A stretch of DNA of 32,000 nucleotides from Halogeometricum borinquense DSM 11551. GTDB taxonomy: Archaea; Halobacteriota; Halobacteria; Halobacteriales; Haloferacaceae. Below the pieces are notes generated by a model. That model saw only the letters and a list, made by a program, of their open reading frames with translations. It was not told where the DNA came from and made no database searches. A program made the translations under genes and the position numbers. The stretch lies in assembly GCF_000172995.2 (NCBI RefSeq), contig NC_014729.1:420001-452000 (forward strand). Reading direction: 5' to 3'. The number at the start of each line of letters is the position of its first letter. Positions within the stretch are counted from its first letter, which is position 1. Shown here one piece after another: positions 18,276 through 24,215 of the stretch.

Positions 18276-18428
18276 ATTTCTAGAACTAAGATGTGTTATG
18301 ATCGCCGGCAGTAAATCGACTGATTCCTCCTTTCAGCCCCTGTCATCATCACTTACTGAGACATTTTGAGCAACAAGTAGCCACGGCGCGGACCCTGTGT
18401 CTGTCGTCCGTCAGACGCGCTCGCAGAG

Positions 18429-19214
18429 TCAGTCCCGGTCGTGAACCCAGAAGTCTTCCTCGACCGTCGTCTCCTTTTTGAAAATCGGAACCTCGTCTTT
18501 CAGTCGGTCGATACCGTCTTCGACAGCGCGGAACGACTCGCGGCGGTGACCGGCGAGAACAACGACGAACACGATGTCTTCGCCGTCTTCGATGACCCCC
18601 GTTCGATGGAACATCGTCACTTCCTCGACACCATCGCGGGCGGCTATCTCCGACTCGATAGTCCGCATTTTCTCTTCTGCGACGCCGTCGTACTTCTCGA
18701 ACGTCAACTGTGTCGTTCGCGCGTCATCGTCACCTTCCTTCGCGCGAACGCGCCCGGTGAACGTCGCTATCGCTCCGGCACGGTCTGCACGCGGCGACTG
18801 CTTGACTTGCTCGACCAGCGTCGAGAGCGTGACGTGCGGTTCGCTAGCCTCCATCGCGGCGACAATGTCGTCGGTGTCAAGTTCGTCACCGTCAGCTGCC
18901 TCGAGGACTGCGTTCGCGGCGTCGGCACCGCCGAGTGCGACGGTCGGAACTGTCGCTTCGGGAAACCTGGAAAGCAATGCGTAGTCGTGTCGGGTCGAGA
19001 GGTCGTCCAGCACCCGTTCGAGCGGTCTTTCGGTCCCGGACGCCCGCCACGAACTGTCGTCACCGAGTGTGTACGCCGTCTCGACGTCCGAGAGAGGCGT
19101 CGGCTCGTCGTTCCAGTCACCCGATTCGACCGTGGCGACGCGCCCGTCGAGATGTGGGATGATCCGTTCGAGTAGCGCCGTCGCCCCCGGACCGACGGCT
19201 CCGAGTACGTGCAT
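18429..19214 (-). CDS. moaE: molybdopterin synthase catalytic subunit MoaE with an N-terminal MobB-like (degenerate P-loop) domain
   Basis: The C-terminal half (AGAIATFTGRVRAKEGD...MFHRTGVIEDGEDIVFVVVLAGHRRESFRAVEDGIDRLKDEVPIFKKE) is MoaE-like. The N-terminal roughly 120 aa begin HVLGAVGPGATALLERI, which resembles a MobB Walker-A region lacking the Lys. A minus-strand TATA (tataaag, + coordinates 19240-19246) lies about 27-32 nt upstream of the ATG. Confidence 0.8.
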   Translation of the reverse strand: MHVLGAVGPGATALLERIIPHLDGRVATVESGDWNDEPTPLSDVETAYTLGDDSSWRASGTERPLERVLDDLSTRHDYALLSRFPEATVPTVALGGADAANAVLEAADGDELDTDDIVAAMEASEPHVTLSTLVEQVKQSPRADRAGAIATFTGRVRAKEGDDDARTTQLTFEKYDGVAEEKMRTIESEIAARDGVEEVTMFHRTGVIEDGEDIVFVVVLAGHRRESFRAVEDGIDRLKDEVPIFKKETTVEEDFWVHDRD

Positions 19215-19337
19215 ACCCGAACAACCGGTGAGCGACGGGCTTTATACTGTCGGCTGGTCACATCGAGCGACAGTTCGGCTGAACGTCACGGTTGTGGTTG
19301 ATAACCCTTAAGCCCGGTTCGCGGCAACGACGCTCCA

Positions 19338-20057
19338 ATGAGAGTCGTCGTTTCTATCGGAGGGAGCGTACTCGCGCCGGACTTAGATGCACGTCGTGTA
19401 GAGGATCACGCAGATGTCATCGAACATCTTGCTCGTGAAGGCGTCGAACTCGGCGCTGTCGTCGGCGGCGGCGGCGTCGCCCGCGATTACATCACTGCGG
19501 CGCGTGACCTCGGCGCGAATGAAGTACAACTAGATCAAATCGGCATCGACGTGACGCGCATCAACGCGCGTCTGCTCATCGCTGCCCTTGGTCCCAAGGT
19601 GGACCCCAAAGTGGCGCACGACTACGAAGGGGCGGGTGACGCGATCCGCCGCGGCGATATTTCCGTCATGGGTGGCGTCATGCCCGGACAGACGACGGAC
19701 GCTGTCGCCGCCGCTCTCGCGGAGTACGTGGATGCAGACCTGCTCATCTACGCGACGAGTGCGGATGGTGTGTTCGATGCCGACCCGAACGTCGATGACG
19801 ACGCGACGCGGTACGAGGAGCTTTCGGCCTCCAAGCTCGTGGACGTGATCGCACCGATGAGCCGTGATGCCGGTGCCTCAGCACCCGTGGACCTGCTCGC
19901 CGCCAAACTTATCGAGCGCTCGCGCATGCGTACGATTGTACTCGATGGGACCGATCCCGAGAGCATCAAACAGGCAGCCCTGCACGGTGAGCACTCCGGT
20001 ACCGACATTATCCCCGAAGGAACCGACGACGAACCGAGTTACTGGGCGCAACGATAG
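19338..20057 (+). CDS. pyrH: UMP kinase (archaeal type)
   Basis: MRVVVSIGGSVLAP... amino-acid-kinase fold with an archaeal PyrH-like length (239 aa). Its stop TAG (20055-57) abuts the lysS ATG (20058). Confidence 0.9.
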   Translation: MRVVVSIGGSVLAPDLDARRVEDHADVIEHLAREGVELGAVVGGGGVARDYITAARDLGANEVQLDQIGIDVTRINARLLIAALGPKVDPKVAHDYEGAGDAIRRGDISVMGGVMPGQTTDAVAAALAEYVDADLLIYATSADGVFDADPNVDDDATRYEELSASKLVDVIAPMSRDAGASAPVDLLAAKLIERSRMRTIVLDGTDPESIKQAALHGEHSGTDIIPEGTDDEPSYWAQR

Positions 20058-21707
20058 ATGACCAACGACTCCGACTCCCCCGACGACGCACCTGACGCTG
20101 GCGAGACTGCACACCACGCCTTCTGGGCGGACAGCGTCGCTGACGATATCGAGGCGCGCGACCCCGACGAGCCAATTGTGATCAAAGGCGGCGTCTCGCC
20201 GTCCGGCGTTGCTCACCTCGGCAACTTCAACGAGATTATGCGCGGCTACTTCGTCGCCGAAGTGCTCCGCGAACGCGGTCACGAAGTCCGGCAGGTGTTC
20301 ACCAGCGACGACAAAGACCCGCTCCGGAAACTCCCGCGCAAACTCGCTGACGCAGAGGGTAATATTGTCGGCCTCGGCGACGTAGACGCCGGTGCGCTCG
20401 GCCGCAACCTCGGAAAACCGTACACGGAGATTCCGGATCCGTTCGGCGAGGCTGACTCGTACGCGGCCCACTTTGCCGACCTACTGAAAGCCGATGCCGA
20501 CAGACTCGGCGTCCCGGTCGAGATGGTGTCGAACACCGAGTTGTACGACGACGGGACGTTCGATCCCGTGGTCGAACGCGTCCTTTCGGACATCGACAAC
20601 GCGCGGGACGTTCTCGGGAAGTACCAGCGCAAGGTAGACGAGGAGTACGTGCCGTTTAATCCGGTCTGCGAGGAGTGCGGCAAGATAACTGAGACCGTGA
20701 CGGATATCGACCTCGATGCGAAGACGGTCGAGTACGCCTGTACCGACATGACTGTCGGCGACGAAACCATCGAGGGATGCGGCCACGAGGGAACCGCGAC
20801 GTTCCGTCAAGGTAAGCTTCCGTGGCGGTTCGAGTGGCCCGGCCAGTGGCAGGTGCTGGGCGTAGACTTCGAACCGTTCGGTAAGGACCACGCCGAAGGG
20901 TCGTGGCCGTCCGGCAAGGACATCGCTGAGAACGTCCTCACCATCGAACCGCCGGTGCCGATGACGTACGAGTGGTTTACGCTCAACGGCGAAGCCCTCT
21001 CCTCGTCGGCGGGGAACATCGTCACCGTTCCCGAGATTCTCGAACTCCTCGAACCCGAAGTGCTGCGCTACTTCTTCGCGCTGAACCCGCGAAAGGCGCG
21101 CGACCTCGATCTCTCGCGTTTGGATCAACTCGTAGACGACTTCGACCGGTTCGAACGCGCGTACTTCGGTGACGTAGACGACGAGACGCTGACCGAGTTC
21201 GCAGAACGCGCGTATCCGTTCGTCGTAGACGAGGTGCGCGAAGACCGGGTTCGTTTCCCGTATACGTTCGCGGCGGTTCTCGGCATGACCGACGACCGCG
21301 AGGTACGCATCCAGATGGCGCGTAACGAAGGGCACATCATCGACGACACGCCCGAGTGGGCGGTCGAAGAAGCGCTCGAACGCGTCGAGAAAGCGCGTGC
21401 GTGGGCCGAGCGGATGGACAACGCGTACAACTACCGGCTACAGGTCGAGATGCCCGAAACCGACTTCGACGACGATGTGGTCGCGGCGTTGGACGACCTC
21501 GCGGACTTCGTGGATGCGGGCCACGACGGCGAGGAGATTCAAGGCGAGATATACGAAACTGCGCGGCGACACGATATCGAGGTCAGCGACCTGTTCGGCG
21601 CGGGCTACCGCCTGTTCTTCGACCAACCGCAGGGACCGCGTCTCGGCGAATTCCTCGGTGACCTTGACCGGACGTTCGTCGTCAAGCGACTGCGGCGCGA
21701 AGAGTAG
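20058..21707 (+). CDS. lysS: lysine--tRNA ligase, class I
   Basis: Class I LysRS signatures: HLGNFNE (HIGH-like) and LSSSAGN (KMSKS-like); 549 aa. Confidence 0.9.
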   Translation: MTNDSDSPDDAPDAGETAHHAFWADSVADDIEARDPDEPIVIKGGVSPSGVAHLGNFNEIMRGYFVAEVLRERGHEVRQVFTSDDKDPLRKLPRKLADAEGNIVGLGDVDAGALGRNLGKPYTEIPDPFGEADSYAAHFADLLKADADRLGVPVEMVSNTELYDDGTFDPVVERVLSDIDNARDVLGKYQRKVDEEYVPFNPVCEECGKITETVTDIDLDAKTVEYACTDMTVGDETIEGCGHEGTATFRQGKLPWRFEWPGQWQVLGVDFEPFGKDHAEGSWPSGKDIAENVLTIEPPVPMTYEWFTLNGEALSSSAGNIVTVPEILELLEPEVLRYFFALNPRKARDLDLSRLDQLVDDFDRFERAYFGDVDDETLTEFAERAYPFVVDEVREDRVRFPYTFAAVLGMTDDREVRIQMARNEGHIIDDTPEWAVEEALERVEKARAWAERMDNAYNYRLQVEMPETDFDDDVVAALDDLADFVDAGHDGEEIQGEIYETARRHDIEVSDLFGAGYRLFFDQPQGPRLGEFLGDLDRTFVVKRLRREE

Positions 21708-21787
21708 GCGTACCGGGCGTCCGAGCACCGATTTGTTGGTTCATTTTATCCGCCGTTTCACCTCCGGAGGCTGAGTCGAGACTCCGC

Positions 21788-22324
21788 TCAGTTCTCCTCG
21801 ATGGCATCGATAACGACCATCCCGACGACGGTCAGTCGCGGATCGATGTCGCCGCGGATGTCGATACTGTATGTGTCTCGGAACGAGAACGACTCGGACG
21901 CGCTACCCAGTTTCTCTCCGGAGGGCGAAATGATGTCGTAACTGAAGGGGACGAGTGTCGTGATGAGTCGTCTGGCGAGTGCCATCGGCACGTTGTCCTC
22001 CACGACGGTAGCGACCGTCTGTCCGTCCGGTCCGAGCAGTTTGTACTCGTGTTTAAAGAACGACATCGCGCTTCGTTTGACCGAACCGACGCGCTCGCCT
22101 GTCTGCGAATCAACGATATCGTAGGCGGCGGAGATATCGAGAACGCTGTCTGCTTTTACGCGAAATCGTTCGGCTCCCGTGTCTGGGTCGGTAAAGCTGA
22201 AATCCTCTTTCAGCCGGAATTTCTTCTGTTTCGACTCCAGAATCGCGGTGTCGTTCTCGTAGATTCGGTACGCGTTCCCAACGCGTATCTTCTGTCGGAC
22301 CTCGTAGTGGCGTCCGTCGAACAT
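21788..22324 (-). CDS. LURP-one-related / tubby C-terminal-like (scramblase-fold) family protein
   Basis: 178 aa. The pattern MFDGRHYEVRQKIRVGNAYRIYEND....KQKKFRLKEDFSFTDPDTGE...I.SPSGEKLG..... resembles LOR/YxjI family proteins. This assignment is from memory of the family pattern. Confidence 0.65.
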   Translation of the reverse strand: MFDGRHYEVRQKIRVGNAYRIYENDTAILESKQKKFRLKEDFSFTDPDTGAERFRVKADSVLDISAAYDIVDSQTGERVGSVKRSAMSFFKHEYKLLGPDGQTVATVVEDNVPMALARRLITTLVPFSYDIISPSGEKLGSASESFSFRDTYSIDIRGDIDPRLTVVGMVVIDAIEEN

Positions 22325-22479
22325 GAGTCTTGTCTGGGTGTTCTCCGCTTTCGGGGATAGCGTTTGGGCTGTGCGGGCAGATTTATCAATCTCTCTCGCG
22401 TATTATTTCCCCTGCGTCGGACAATTTGGACGGCGAGCGAAACCGTCGCTTGGGTCTGCACGCCGACGCGGAGGTTACA

Positions 22480-22755
22480 ATGCCACTCATCGAATTCAAC
22501 TTCGGACGCGAACGCACCGACGATACCGCTGACACCGGCAAAGAGCAAGTCGAGATACCCATCGATGACGAGTCGTCGTCCAAGTCGTCTTCGACCGGAC
22601 GCAAACTGCTCCGTACGACGGTCCTTCTGGCACTTGTCGCCGCCGCTGGCTATCTCCTCTATCGCCGCGCGACAGCGGCCGACGACTCGGAGTTCGCGGA
22701 AATAGTGTTCGAAGACGAGACGGCGGAGGCGGGAACCGAATCGACCGACGAGTGA
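22480..22755 (+). CDS. small single-pass membrane protein with acidic tails (91 aa)
   Basis: MPLIEFNFGRERTDD...RKLLRTTVLLALVAAAGYLLYRRA...EDETAEAGTESTDE. ATG verified at 22480. The track ORF starts further upstream, at 22330. Confidence 0.55.
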   Translation: MPLIEFNFGRERTDDTADTGKEQVEIPIDDESSSKSSSTGRKLLRTTVLLALVAAAGYLLYRRATAADDSEFAEIVFEDETAEAGTESTDE

Positions 22756-22986
22756 GCGACGGCACGCACGTACTCCGCGGCGATCGCATCGTTCAGTACC
22801 TGATTCAAGCAAAACGCAAACGCTTGGTGCTATGTTTCGGCGGTGCCTGCTGAGAAGCTTCGAAATGATCGGATACCGAAGAAACAATTCCCCAGAGAAT
22901 ACAGGAACTCAGACGATTATCGCCCGGGAAACTGCCTGAAAACCGTAGTGGCAAGCACGAACGCGGGGCCGAGAATACAGCGAGTG

Positions 22987-23463
22987 ATGCAGATGTCGAG
23001 CAATGATATATTCCACATAATCAGATGGGAAAACTATGATTCGTATCGAAAAACGATCGAAAGTGTCACACTTGGAGCGGTAGATGAGAGCGGAAATAAC
23101 ATGCTCCACGTTGCTGCATCACGTGGAAAGATAGACATTGGATCTGATCTGATAGAAAGAGGTATTTTCCTAAATAGGCAAGGGAAGGAGGGGAAAACGC
23201 CGCTCCATTACGCGTTGGAGATGGGCGACAATGAGATGGCAACGCTCCTGATTTCAGCGGGAGCAGATGTCACGGTTACCGATGATTATGGAAATCAACC
23301 GCTGTGGAGTGCCGTGATGAACGAGGAAGTTGACGACAACGTAATTCGACTACTCGTCCAACACGGCGCAGATCCAGTCAATCAGAACGAAGCTGGCAAG
23401 TCTCCCCTAGATGTCGCTCGTCGCCGAGAGGAAGAAACTCTCATTGAGATATTCACGGACTGA
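22987..23463 (+). CDS. ankyrin-repeat protein (3-4 ANK repeats)
   Basis: Repeats: GNNMLHVAASRGKIDIGSDLIERG, GKTPLHYALEMGDNEMATLLISAGADV, GNQPLWSAV...VIRLLVQHGADP, GKSPLDVARRR. Start taken at ATG 22987 (MQMSSND...); the track's GTG at 22843 is an alternative. GC is clearly below its surroundings (for example 23/60 in 22981-23040 and 26/60 in 23101-23160). Confidence 0.85.
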   Translation: MQMSSNDIFHIIRWENYDSYRKTIESVTLGAVDESGNNMLHVAASRGKIDIGSDLIERGIFLNRQGKEGKTPLHYALEMGDNEMATLLISAGADVTVTDDYGNQPLWSAVMNEEVDDNVIRLLVQHGADPVNQNEAGKSPLDVARRREEETLIEIFTD

Positions 23464-23490
23464 CATCCTCCTGCTCTAGAAGACGTCCCG

Positions 23491-23575
23491 AGAAGTTAGA
23501 AGAGAGATTGGACAGAATCGATAGCTGAATCAAATATTGTGGAGTGTATTTTGAATGCGATTGCGATTCTGTCGT
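23491..23575 (+). repeat. 85-bp direct repeat, copy 1 (3-prime gene stub + T-run + short-ORF start)
   Basis: Aligns to 23977-24062 with 3 substitutions and 1 single-base indel. It encodes ...KLEERLDRIDS-stop in a frame open only from 23448 with no start codon, so it is a gene remnant. Confidence 0.9.
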
Positions 23576-23717
23576 AAGCAGCCAGCAGTTCATTACTATA
23601 ATCCGCAAACAAAAAACAACGTTATGATATATCCTGATGGAGAATTCTGGTCGGCATGGAAACTCAGCGGGGAGCAAGAAAAGCACCTGCTTACCACAGG
23701 AGATCTCTGAGAACAAC

Positions 23718-24014
23718 ATGGCTGAAAAAACAATAATTAAAAAATATATCAATCCCCTTCAAAGATACACTGAGGGAGAGATGTCCGCTTCAGAACTCTC
23801 CACGGGATACTTAGAAGAGTTCAAAAATGAATCTCAGGGATTTTCTGAAGAAACATACCAAATATTGCAGAATATGTTTAGAAAATCTGATGCATATTGT
23901 GAACCGGAGATACGAGAAGATGTGAGAGGGAGCATTGGTGAGCAGGAACTGCTGGAGGCAGCAACCCAGACTATCAAGAAGTTAGAAGAAAGATTAGAAA
24001 GAATCGATAGCTGA
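23718..24014 (+). CDS. colicin-D-immunity (ImmD)-like / colicin-like self-protection immunity family protein (98 aa), tentative
   Basis: MAEKTIIKKYINPLQRYTEGEMSASELSTGYLEEFKNESQGFSEETYQILQNMFRKSDAYCEPEIREDVRGSIGEQELLEAATQTIKKLEERLERIDS. The pattern G-x-[IM]-[ST]-A-x-E-[FL], then L..[LM]F...D/E.[FY].P[DE]..R....I.E.EL....L..L, matches my memory of ImmD-type immunity proteins. ATG verified at 23718. The most AT-rich coding region in the window. Confidence 0.55.
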   Translation: MAEKTIIKKYINPLQRYTEGEMSASELSTGYLEEFKNESQGFSEETYQILQNMFRKSDAYCEPEIREDVRGSIGEQELLEAATQTIKKLEERLERIDS

Positions 24015-24062
24015 ATCAAATATTGTGGAGTGTATTTTGATATGCGATTGCGATTCTGTCGT
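23977..24062 (+). repeat. 85-bp direct repeat, copy 2 (overlaps the true 3-prime end of the ImmD-like gene)
   Basis: See copy 1. The low-GC tract ends exactly at the end of this copy (22/60 G+C in 24001-24060 versus 37/60 in 24061-24120). Confidence 0.9.
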
Positions 24063-24215
24063 GGCGGGACCAATCAGCGAGACCAACACGGAGTCGATGG
24101 GTCCAACTCCTCGTTCACCCACTAAGCTGACATCTGCCTCATTCTACCACCACTCTGAACACTGCCCACGTCGATAACCCGAACGTCTTTCAGCGCTGCC
24201 CCCTTTCTTCCGACG

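Noticed and set aside
18191-18338. The 9-bp direct repeat ctttcagcc (18191-99 and 18330-38) as a target-site duplication of a MITE.
   Set aside because: No convincing terminal inverted repeats lie just inside the duplicates. The same or similar 8-9-mers also occur in coding DNA in this window (for example 22207-15 and 24188-95), so chance is plausible. It is mentioned within the AT-rich-block finding as a weak alternative.
18130-18340. The AT-rich block as a replication origin (DNA unwinding element).
   Set aside because: There is no adjacent orc1/cdc6 gene, and I found no ORB-like long inverted repeats with G-strings of the kind I recall from haloarchaeal origins. The block sits exactly where a promoter/operator for the winged-helix gene is expected.
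23491-24062. The 85-bp repeats as integron attC sites (they contain an inverted repeat and a GTTAGAA string near the 5-prime end).
   Set aside because: No IntI-type integrase or attI is present in the window. The GTTRRRY core is not matched exactly, and the paired R/L box architecture is not evident. The 3-prime gene-stub interpretation explains the sequence better.
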